Assembly: GCA_934474225.1 (NCBI GenBank)
Contig: CAKSLU010000001.1
Coordinates: 26,599-90,598 of the forward strand
Source of the DNA: an uncultured Eubacteriales bacterium
Lineage (GTDB): Bacteria; Bacillota; Clostridia; Oscillospirales; CAG-272
Length of the DNA: 64,000 nucleotides
Reading direction: 5' to 3'
Part shown: piece by piece, positions 20,201 through 26,288 of the stretch
Numbering within the stretch: the first letter of the stretch is position 1
Layout of the letters: the number at the start of each line of letters is the position of its first letter
Made by a program: the position numbers and the translations under genes
Notes under the pieces: model-generated
Database searches by the model: none
The model's input: the letters and a program-made list of their open reading frames with translations, nothing else
What the model was told of the DNA's origin: nothing

Positions 20201-20722
20201 TACGGCAAATGGGACGCCTACGACATCAGTATGCCGCTGTACAGTGCAAAGCTGGAGGCAAATTACTTCCGGGATGTGAAAATGGTCGTCTCCGAGCTGA
20301 CGCGCGCGGATGACAAGCCGATTCTGTTTGTCAGCGGTTCGTTTGACGATGCGGCGACGGTCGCGCTATATGAGACGGACGAGGTGCCCTCCGCTCTGCA
20401 CGGCAGGAAGATTTTTGCCGGATACAAGGCGGAGATCAGCGCTGCGGCAGCAGAATCCTACACGGTGCGGTATCTGCCGCAGACCGAAAAGCACAGGGAG
20501 CTGTATGTTGTATACGGGGACAAGTGCGAAAAGGTGAAATATCGCGACTTCGGCAGTTATCTCGAATTCTCGGTGCCTGCCGCCGACTTTGCGCTGTATG
20601 AGGTGCAGACGGACATTTTCCCGTTTGTGCTCGGCGGCGTTTGCGGCGCAGCTCTGCTGCTCGGCATTTGCCTTCTTGCGGCGCACAGTCGCAGAAAAAA
20701 GAAAAAGACTGCAAAGCAATAA
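17198..20722 (+). CDS. large surface protein with GLUG-type repeats, an acidic helical spacer and a C-terminal TM anchor
   Basis: Signal peptide (AAVRKLVAVCLAALVACAPLSVCA). Repeated VGGI(V/A)G..G.....C...G motifs at both ends, a D/A/L-rich centre, and the terminal FPFVLGGVCGAALLLGICLLAAHSRRKKKK. ATG 17198 lies 9 nt after AGGAG, inside the MMPL 3' end. Confidence 0.75.
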   Translation: MNRMRMQAAVRKLVAVCLAALVACAPLSVCAVTAADEAAETQETVSIGTAAEFLDFAEQCKTDTWSQGKHFVLTADIHLKDTAFESIPTFGGVFDGGGHTIDGLALKSNRAHVGLFRYVQESGIVRNLHVVGVVTPEGDARDVGGIVGENSGLIEACSFSGTVTGDTNVGGIAGTVTETGTVRACGFSGTVSGNSFTGGIVGYNFGTVEGAVNRGRVNTTAGDTEETIQDLNINLDAIRSTENVDTATDTGGICGLSKGRVVDCINYGSVGYRSVGYNTGGICGRQSGWMSGCENYGAVRGRKDVGGIAGQAEPYILLEYAEDVLEQINRVFDRVGDILDSSNLREDAALNAALDAVRDSTTDISDAAEKLSEDARRYADALTASVNEAADRLHTAIDEMTDVLDHFSAGMDKFSDAADSFSDCGDSMTAIIDAAKAAKEPLEEAGTDIDDAMQALEKTAKDFSDAFDKLHTGVSSMDEGMAALKAALHKLSDALGDHSDVAEPLDALDAAVGSVADSFGTLGDAADGLADALEALAEQGDVADGLNDLVASVRALAEKLQNIQAAFGDVSDALATLAEDFDAEAFEDSLAKFSSGFDALSKSIADLRLAAEDLQDAADELADVPDYAEDAIRSMQDGLDLLGDGADAFKDGLDGLSDITTELSEKEKIVLPSASEMFGDDPDAFFDKTDALSDAIETLRDSVGDKKDDFYGELDALQAEMRSLRDILKSAYDDSVRADEDGFVEDISDDGSESEARGRIANCKNAGTVDGDINVGGIVGSLAIEYDFDPEDDIKNNGDRTLKYTYKTKCTVVRCKNEGEVTAKKHNAGGIAGLMDFGSVYLCENRGDIATTDGDYTGGIAGKSAGIVRKSLALCNLTGGDYVGGIVGGGKTVSDCLALVHTDGSGRYAGSIAGDADTADLARNRFVSETLGGIDDVSYTGVAEAVDIDTFTAAAKQLLDAEVTFALTFVCDGKTVAVVPFTYGEAISTAQIPAVPTKDGYYGKWDAYDISMPLYSAKLEANYFRDVKMVVSELTRADDKPILFVSGSFDDAATVALYETDEVPSALHGRKIFAGYKAEISAAAAESYTVRYLPQTEKHRELYVVYGDKCEKVKYRDFGSYLEFSVPAADFALYEVQTDIFPFVLGGVCGAALLLGICLLAAHSRRKKKKTAKQ

Positions 20723-20726
20723 AATA

Positions 20727-20759
20727 ATGCCGGAAAGCATTGCTTTCCGGCATTTTTTC
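20727..20759. terminator. bidirectional intrinsic terminator
   Basis: ATGCCGGAAAGC / GCTTTCCGGCAT 12-bp stem, A-tract upstream, T6 downstream. It sits between convergent genes. Confidence 0.85.
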
Positions 20760-21378
20760 AGCGGATGAAGTTTGTGCGGGCTTTCGGTTCGTAGGCGGGC
20801 GGCTCGATGCCCGCCTGCCTGCCGTTTTCCAGCAGGCGGCAGAGCCAGGCGATGTTCTCGCCCAGCGTGCGCATGGTTTGCAGGCCCTCTTCGTCACGCA
20901 GGACATCTTCGGGGCGCGCACCGTGCACCTGATTCCAGTATTGCGAGGTTGCCACAATCATGTTGGAGATGCCGAAATATTGGTTGAGCTGCTCAAAGGT
21001 CGCCGTTGAGCCGCCGCGGCGACAGGAGACCACCGCCGCTGCAATTTTGTGCGCCATTTTCCCGCCGCCCGCGTAGAACAGACGGTTGAGAAAGGCGACA
21101 AGCTGCCCGGCTGGCGCAGAATAGTAGACCGGCGAGCCGATGACCAGCGCATCAAATTCGTCCAGGCGGTCAATCAGGCGGTTCACGCCGTCGTCAAAGA
21201 CGCAGTGCCCGGTGTTTTTGCAGCCACCGCAGGCGACGCAGCCCTGCACAGGCTGTTTGCCGAGCCACATAAGCTCGGTTTCAATGCCGCGGGCACGCAA
21301 GGTTTTTTCCACTTCGCAAAGTGCCGTATAGGTGCAGCCGTGCTCATGCGGGCTGCCGTTCAGAAGAAGCGCTTTCAT
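20758..21378 (-). CDS. flavodoxin-like fold / iron-sulfur flavoprotein family NAD(P)H-dependent FMN reductase
   Basis: MKALLLNGSPHEHGCT start, CVACGGCKNTGHC cysteine cluster, SPVYY motif. Confidence 0.75.
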   Translation of the reverse strand: MKALLLNGSPHEHGCTYTALCEVEKTLRARGIETELMWLGKQPVQGCVACGGCKNTGHCVFDDGVNRLIDRLDEFDALVIGSPVYYSAPAGQLVAFLNRLFYAGGGKMAHKIAAAVVSCRRGGSTATFEQLNQYFGISNMIVATSQYWNQVHGARPEDVLRDEEGLQTMRTLGENIAWLCRLLENGRQAGIEPPAYEPKARTNFIR

Positions 21379-21455
21379 TTCCGTAACCTCCCGGATGTGT
21401 TTGCCTTGATTTTATCACAGAATATGCCCATGCGCAAGAAAAAATGTTTTTGCTG

Positions 21456-21484
21456 TTGACAATTTTGCGCAGCTGTGCTATGAT
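21456..21484 (+). promoter_or_regulatory. sigma-70-type promoter for the tRNA pair
   Basis: TTGACA (21456-21461), 17-nt spacer, TGnTATGAT (21476-21484). Confidence 0.65.
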
Positions 21485-21516
21485 AACAACGGTGTGACGA
21501 GCATAGCCTGCAATCT

Positions 21517-21600
21517 GCGGGTGTGGCGGAATTGGCAGACGCGCCGGATTTAGGATCCGGTGTCTCCGACATGCAGGTTCAAGTCCTGTCACCCGCACCA
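21517..21600 (+). tRNA. tRNA-Leu (anticodon TAG), CCA encoded
   Basis: Hand-folded: acceptor GCGGGTG/CACCCGC, anticodon stem CCGGA/TCCGG with loop TTTAGGA, long variable arm, T-arm GGTTCAAGTCC, 3' ACCA. Confidence 0.85.
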
Positions 21601-21608
21601 AATTTTAT

Positions 21609-21684
21609 GGGGCATTAGCTCAGCTGGGAGAGCGCAAGGTTCGCAATCTTGAGGTCAGGGGTTCGATCCCCCTATGCTCCACCA
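21609..21684 (+). tRNA. tRNA-Ala (anticodon CGC), CCA encoded
   Basis: Acceptor GGGGCAT/ATGCTCC with the G3:U70 Ala identity pair, D-arm AGCTCAGCTGGGAGAGC, anticodon loop TTCGCAA, T-arm GGTTCGATCC. Confidence 0.9.
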
Positions 21685-21727
21685 TAACGCAAAATGGCAT
21701 CGCCGTGAGGCGATGCCATTTGCGTTA
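21685..21727 (+). other. 19-bp perfect hairpin immediately 3' of tRNA-Ala
   Basis: TAACGCAAAATGGCATCGCC gtga GGCGATGCCATTTGCGTTA. No T-run follows. Confidence 0.6.
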
Positions 21728-21867
21728 TGTCGCGTGTGTTGGTGTTCGAAGCCCCTCAAACGCCGAACGGCGTTTGATATGCTTTGCGCCTATACATAGC
21801 AACAACTTCGCGGTCACTTCGGCGCAAAGCGGGGGTTCACGATCCCCCGGGTAGCCTTTTACGGTAT

Positions 21868-21892
21868 GCAACCGCCATTCGGCGGTTTTTAT
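21868..21892 (+). terminator. plus-strand intrinsic terminator downstream of the tRNA trailer
   Basis: AACCGCC attc GGCGGTT followed by TTTTTATT. It overlaps the 3' end of the convergent small gene. Confidence 0.6.
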
Positions 21893-22086
21893 TCCTGCGC
21901 CAAAAATGCTTTGATTGCTTCTGTCAGTACCGATGCTTGCGAAACACCTTTTTCGGCGCATTTTGCCTTGAATGCTGCTACCGTATCTTTGGGAATCTTG
22001 ATGGTGATTTGTCCGTAGACCTTCGCATTGTAGCGGTTTTTGACCGCGGATGAAGTTTTTGTTTTTCTCGTTTCTGTTTCTGCCAT
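21889..22086 (-). CDS. small ribbon-helix-helix-like (Arc/CopG-type) protein
   Basis: 65 aa, MAETETRKTKTSSAVKNRYNAKVYGQITIKIPKDTVAAFKAKCAEKGVSQASVLTEAIKAFLAQE. The pattern is a basic N-terminus, a beta strand and two helices. ATG 22086 follows GAGGTG. Confidence 0.55.
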   Translation of the reverse strand: MAETETRKTKTSSAVKNRYNAKVYGQITIKIPKDTVAAFKAKCAEKGVSQASVLTEAIKAFLAQE

Positions 22087-22094
22087 GATGCACC

Positions 22095-22256
22095 TCAAAA
22101 CAGTTTTTCTTTTTCTACATATGCGCGCAAATCATCCAGTGTCGCACATATCTCTTTGTCAATCTTGTATTCCAGCGTGACCGTGCTCTTCTTGCATGTG
22201 ACGACCCATGACTTGACTTGCTCTGTAATCGTATAGCGCTTTTCTGCATTGTCCAT
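22095..22256 (-). CDS. hypothetical small protein (53 aa)
   Basis: MDNAEKRYTITEQVKSWVVTCKKSTVTLEYKIDKEICATLDDLRAYVEKEKLF. Its stop lies 8 nt upstream of the next start, and a strong promoter sits upstream. I recognise no family. Confidence 0.45.
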   Translation of the reverse strand: MDNAEKRYTITEQVKSWVVTCKKSTVTLEYKIDKEICATLDDLRAYVEKEKLF

Positions 22257-22281
22257 TTTTACATAAAACTCCTTTTTTCTC

Positions 22282-22310
22282 AGTATAAAATACAGTTGTA
22301 AGCATGTCAA
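22282..22310 (-). promoter_or_regulatory. sigma-70-type promoter for the two small genes
   Basis: Minus strand: TTGACA (22310-22305), 17-nt spacer, TATACT (22287-22282). Confidence 0.6.
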
Positions 22311-22356
22311 TATCTATTTGCAAAAATGTGTAATTTTGCGGCTATTTGTCGAGCAG

Positions 22357-24501
22357 TCATCCCCCGAAAAGCCTTGCCGCGGTTGCCACAAGGAAGCACA
22401 CAACCGCGCCGACGAGCGTGGGCAGCAGCACGGCGGCAAGCGTGTGGCGGAGGCTGCCGGTTTCCTTCCGGATGGTCATAACTGTGGTGGAGCAGGGCCA
22501 GTGCATCAGCGAAAACAGAATGGTACAGACGGCGGTCAGCGGCGTCCAGCCATTTGCCGTCAGAATTTCGCGTATGGCGGCAAGGTCGCCGACATCGGTG
22601 AGCGTCCCGCCCATGGTGTACGCCATGACGGCGATCGGAATGACGATTTCATTGGCGGGGAAACCGAGGATAAACGCCGTGAGAATGACACCATCCATGC
22701 CGAGCAAGCGTCCGAGCGGGTCAAGAAATGCGGCAATGTGCGCAAGCAGACTGGCATCGCCGACGGTCACATTGGCAAGCAGCCAAAGCAGCGCGCCGGC
22801 GGGCGCGGCAACAGCGGCGGCGCGTCCGAGCACAAACAACGTGCGGTCGAAGACCGAGCGCACGATAACCTTTCCGATTTGCGGGCGGCGATACGGCGGC
22901 AACTCCAACGTAAAGGAAGAAGGCACGCCGCGCAGCAGCGTTTTGGAGAGCAGCCGGGAGGCAAAGAGCGTCATGCCGACGCCGAGCAGAATGACCGCAG
23001 TCAGCAGCAGTGCGGAGGCAAACGATGCGAAAATGCCGCCGGAAATGCCGACAAAAAAGATGCAGATCAGCGAAATCATGGCGGGAAACCGCCCGTTGCA
23101 GGGGACAAAGCTGTTGGTGAGCACGGCGATCAGCCGCTCGCGCGGCGAATCGATGATGCGGCAGCCGACCACGCCCGCCGCATTGCAGCCGAAGCCCATG
23201 CACATGGTCAGCGCCTGCTTGCCGCAGGCACCGCAGCGCTTGAATGGGCGGTCGAGGTTGTAGGCAATGCGCGGCAGGTAGCCCGAGTCTTCCAAAATCG
23301 TAAACAGCGGGAAGAAAATGGCCATCGGCGGGAGCATCACGGCGACGACGGAGGACAGGACGCGGAAGATGCCGAGGACGAGCAGGTCATGCAGCCAGTT
23401 TGGCGTTTGCAGGTACAAGAGCAGTGCGGACAGCTTGCATTCCAGGAAGGAAAAAGCGGCGGAAAGCCATGCGGACGGCAGGTTCGCGCCGGAAATGGTG
23501 AGCCAGAAGACAAACAGCAGAAGCAAGAGCATGGCAGGGTAACCAAATCTACGCCCGGTCAGAATGGCGTCCAGCTTGCGGTCGCGCGCCGGATAACCGC
23601 CGCGCTTGTTTTGCGTGACGGCGGCGGCGATTTCCGCTGCGCGGCGAACCACGGTGGAGACGATTGCGTCTTTCAGCCGCTCGCCATCCAGATTGCCTGC
23701 CTGCAGAATGCGTTTTGCATCGTCAAGCGCCTCCGTCACTTCTGCATCGGTCAGCAGATTTTTTCCGCAGGCGAGGTTGATTTCATGCAGCATGGACGTG
23801 TCCGGGTCAAGCAGACGCAGCGCAAGCCAACGCGGCGAGAGCTTGTCGGAAAAGGGCGCAAGTGCTGGCAAAAGTGTATCCGCCGCGCGTTCGATGGCAT
23901 CATCGTAGCGAAGCTGCACTGCGGGCGGCGCAGTCGCATGTCCGACCATACTGTCCAGCGCGTCCGTCAGCGCCGTTAGGCTCTTTTTCCTGCGCGCCGC
24001 TGTGCCGACCGCCGGGACGCCGAGCAGAGCGGAGAGTTTTGCAAGGTCGATGTCGATGCCTTTTGACTTTGCCTCGTCCATCATATTGACGCAGACAAGC
24101 ACATGCGGCGTGACCTCGAGCGTTTGCAGAACCAGTCCAAGCCCCCGCTCAAGGCAGGTCGCGTCGCACACCACAATGACCGCGTCCGGGTGACCGAAAC
24201 AGATAAAATTGCGCGCGACCTCCTCCTCGGCGGACTTTGCATAGAGCGAATAGGTGCCCGGAATATCGACGAGCGTATAACTGCGCGCCCGCGTCCTGCA
24301 GATGCCTGCGGCGTTTGACACGGTCTTGCCGGACCAGTTGCCGGTGTGCTGATTCATCCCGGTGAGCGCGTTGAAAATGGTGCTTTTGCCGACATTGGGA
24401 TTGCCGGCAAGCGCGACGGTGGCGGTATCGCGGCGCTGCGCCGCATCCGGGATGCCGCGGTCGAGCGCGCCGCGCCCGACCGCGCCGCGCGTCAGCCCCA
24501 T
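22357..24501 (-). CDS. feoB: ferrous iron transporter FeoB
   Basis: GNPNVGKSTIFNALTG G-domain followed by a polytopic membrane domain. The start overlaps the feoA stop by 10 nt, with a GGAGG SD. Confidence 0.93.
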   Translation of the reverse strand: MGLTRGAVGRGALDRGIPDAAQRRDTATVALAGNPNVGKSTIFNALTGMNQHTGNWSGKTVSNAAGICRTRARSYTLVDIPGTYSLYAKSAEEEVARNFICFGHPDAVIVVCDATCLERGLGLVLQTLEVTPHVLVCVNMMDEAKSKGIDIDLAKLSALLGVPAVGTAARRKKSLTALTDALDSMVGHATAPPAVQLRYDDAIERAADTLLPALAPFSDKLSPRWLALRLLDPDTSMLHEINLACGKNLLTDAEVTEALDDAKRILQAGNLDGERLKDAIVSTVVRRAAEIAAAVTQNKRGGYPARDRKLDAILTGRRFGYPAMLLLLLFVFWLTISGANLPSAWLSAAFSFLECKLSALLLYLQTPNWLHDLLVLGIFRVLSSVVAVMLPPMAIFFPLFTILEDSGYLPRIAYNLDRPFKRCGACGKQALTMCMGFGCNAAGVVGCRIIDSPRERLIAVLTNSFVPCNGRFPAMISLICIFFVGISGGIFASFASALLLTAVILLGVGMTLFASRLLSKTLLRGVPSSFTLELPPYRRPQIGKVIVRSVFDRTLFVLGRAAAVAAPAGALLWLLANVTVGDASLLAHIAAFLDPLGRLLGMDGVILTAFILGFPANEIVIPIAVMAYTMGGTLTDVGDLAAIREILTANGWTPLTAVCTILFSLMHWPCSTTVMTIRKETGSLRHTLAAVLLPTLVGAVVCFLVATAARLFGG

Positions 24502-24734
24502 ACGGCGCCTCCGCGCTCAACGGCAATCCGACTGCAGTCCTCGGCACGCAGGGCAATGACCGCGCCGCGAATCAGATAGGCGCGCGGGTCTCCTGCGGGG
24601 CTTCTGCCGACGCATTCAACCTCGGTGCCCTCAATCAGGCCCATGTCCAGCAGGCGGCGGCGAAGTGCGCCGCAGGTGCTTTGCGAAACGACGCGCGCGC
24701 GTTCGCCGGGTGCAATATCATTCAGGCAATACAT
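24492..24734 (-). CDS. feoA: FeoA family protein
   Basis: 80 aa, LNDIAPGERARVV...LLDMGLIEGTEVECV...I.GAVIALR, an SH3-like FeoA pattern. I trimmed the start to ATG 24734. Confidence 0.85.
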   Translation of the reverse strand: MYCLNDIAPGERARVVSQSTCGALRRRLLDMGLIEGTEVECVGRSPAGDPRAYLIRGAVIALRAEDCSRIAVERGGAVWG

Positions 24735-24824
24735 AATTCTCGTGACCTCGTAATACAAGTTTAGTGTTGGGAAACTTTCTTTCCTACTTCCATTGTATTG
24801 TGGAGCCCCGAATTTTGTGAGGAG

Positions 24825-25259
24825 ATGATGCATTTGAGCGCCGCGAATGGGTTTTACACGCTGAAGGGATACCAGCTGATTGAGAGCGACGAGCTGACGC
24901 CTGCCATGCAGGATTACCTTGAGATGATTTATCGCCTGTCGGCAAACAGCAGCATTGTGCGCATCAGCACACTGGCGGCGGAGCTGCATGTGCGCCCCTC
25001 GTCCGCCTCAAAGATGGCGTCGAACCTCGCGGAGGCCGGGTATATCCTCTATGCCCGCTACGGCTATATCCGCCTTGCCGAAAAAGGGCAGGAGACCGGG
25101 CGCTATCTGCTGCATCGGCATGAGGTCATCCATCGGTTTCTCTGCCTTGCCAATCATACAACGGATGAACTGAGGCAGACAGAGAAAATCGAGCATTTCC
25201 TCGATTTTCGCACCGTGCGGAACCTGGAAGCGCTGTGTGAGCGGCTGAAAGAAAAATAA
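24825..25259 (+). CDS. DtxR/MntR family metal-dependent transcriptional regulator
   Basis: LTPAMQDYLEMIYRL...VRISTLAAELHVRPSSASKMASNLAEAGYI...RHEVIHRFL. It lies divergent from feoAB. The start is ambiguous among ATG 24825, ATG 24828 and TTG 24834. Confidence 0.8.
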   Translation: MMHLSAANGFYTLKGYQLIESDELTPAMQDYLEMIYRLSANSSIVRISTLAAELHVRPSSASKMASNLAEAGYILYARYGYIRLAEKGQETGRYLLHRHEVIHRFLCLANHTTDELRQTEKIEHFLDFRTVRNLEALCERLKEK

Positions 25260-25287
25260 AAAGCGCCATCGGCGCTTTTTATTTTTT
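25260..25287. terminator. bidirectional intrinsic terminator
   Basis: AAAGCGCC atc GGCGCTTT flanked by A-run and T-run. It sits between convergent genes. Confidence 0.8.
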
Positions 25288-26101
25288 ACGTTAATGGGTC
25301 GGCACTGTAACGCTTGCGGTATTCACTGGGCGAGGTGCCGACCTCTTTTTTGAAGACAACGCTGAAATAATACAGGCTGGAAAAGCCGAGCGCTTCTGCG
25401 ATGTCGGTAAGCCGCTCGTTGCTGTAGCGCAGGCGCTCCTGTGCCTGCGTGATGCGCGCCATCGTGATGTATTTGACCGGCGAGATGCCGAAGGCGTCCC
25501 GAAAGGAGCGGCGGAAGTGCGATTCGCTCAGGTGCACGGCGCTTGCCACCTCGGCGATGTTCAGCGCCTCGTCGGCGATGTGCGCATCAATGTATTCGAG
25601 GGCGGCGTCCATGCGCTTGCGCTTGGCGGAGGGGAGGTAGGTCGCGCCGTGCGCCGAGCACAGAAAGTCGGAATAGGCGGCATACAGCATAGAGAGGCAG
25701 TCCACTTTGACCGTGGGGCGCTGCAGGCACCAGACTTCCCGCATGCGGCGGAACAGCTTTTCCGTATTCTTGCCGCCGACCGAGGGGTAGAGCGCGCAGC
25801 GCAGGGCGGTGCCCGACGGCAGTCGGAAGTCGAAATTCGCAAAAAAGACCACATAGGGCGCATCGTAAACATCCATAGAATAGACGCTGTCGCGGGCGAG
25901 GAAAAAGATGTCGCCCGGCTTTGCGTCAAAGGCGTAGCTGCCGAAATCATAGTGCGTCCTGCCGCTGATAACATAGATAAGGCCGTCCGAGCGCCGTCCG
26001 GGTGCGCGCGCCGGGATAAAACTTTTGTGAATCGTGGTGCTGACTGCGCGGTGAAATTTGTCGATAACAGGCGTAAGCGCCGACAGTTCTGCGTACTCCA
26101 A
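25286..26101 (-). CDS. AraC family transcriptional regulator (cupin sensor + HTH)
   Basis: C-terminal AEVASAVHLSESHFRRSFRDAFGISPVKYI...IAEALGFSSLYYFSVVFKKEVGTSPSEYR. I propose TTG 26101 as the start, 6 nt after GGAGGTG. Confidence 0.85.
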   Translation of the reverse strand: MEYAELSALTPVIDKFHRAVSTTIHKSFIPARAPGRRSDGLIYVISGRTHYDFGSYAFDAKPGDIFFLARDSVYSMDVYDAPYVVFFANFDFRLPSGTALRCALYPSVGGKNTEKLFRRMREVWCLQRPTVKVDCLSMLYAAYSDFLCSAHGATYLPSAKRKRMDAALEYIDAHIADEALNIAEVASAVHLSESHFRRSFRDAFGISPVKYITMARITQAQERLRYSNERLTDIAEALGFSSLYYFSVVFKKEVGTSPSEYRKRYSADPLT

Positions 26102-26210
26102 ACCAATCACCTCCGGTTCTATTAAAGCAGAAAACAACAAACAAATCAAGCAATTTCGGAAAAACACACAACTTCAGGGTCGAAAATTATAAATCTGCGC
26201 GAAAGTCGGA

Positions 26211-26239
26211 TTTACAATTCACGCACAGGGGGCTATGCT
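26211..26239 (+). promoter_or_regulatory. candidate promoter for the glycyl-radical enzyme gene
   Basis: TTTACA (26211-26216), 17-nt spacer, TATGCT (26234-26239). Confidence 0.4.
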
Positions 26240-26288
26240 GTAGGCAGAAAAAGATTTCACCTTGGTGATTTACATGGAGGAAAAAATC

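Noticed and set aside
21831-21848. GGGGG TTCACGAT CCCCC hairpin resembling a tRNA T-arm; possible third tRNA or duplicated att site
   Set aside because: The loop is 8 nt, or 7 nt with C where the conserved A58 should be. No matching acceptor, D or anticodon arms could be folded on either strand. There is only loose similarity to the tRNA-Ala 3' end, so neither a tRNA nor a clear att repeat is supported.
22257-22281. ATG-TAA start-stop mini-ORF 4 nt after GGAG, upstream of the 53-aa gene
   Set aside because: It could be a coincidence of an AT-rich leader. I have no way to support function from sequence alone, so it is mentioned only here.
21456-22356. Integrated mobile element at the tRNA locus
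   Set aside because: There is no integrase, no recognisable direct repeat of the tRNA 3' end, and only about 0.65 kb of extra DNA. I report it only as a small islet, not as a mobile element.
22318-23979. 553-aa plus-strand ORF, rich in Arg/Gly/Gln
   Set aside because: It is antisense to feoB, whose G-domain and membrane domain are clear, so it is a shadow ORF. The same reasoning applies to 8650-10398, 10388-11662, 11530-12660, 26187-27554, 28067-30175, 40463-42364, 42392-44389, 44408-45862, 46932-48041, 49998-51521, 51403-52539, 58250-59320 and 60921-62078.
24735-24824. Possible DtxR/IdeR operator (AAGTTT-N9-AAACTT and AATACA...TGTATT inverted repeats) in the feoA / regulator intergenic region
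   Set aside because: Neither repeat resembles the 19-bp DtxR/IdeR box I know (TTAGGTTAGCCTAACCTAA-like). The arms are short enough to occur by chance, so I did not call a feature.
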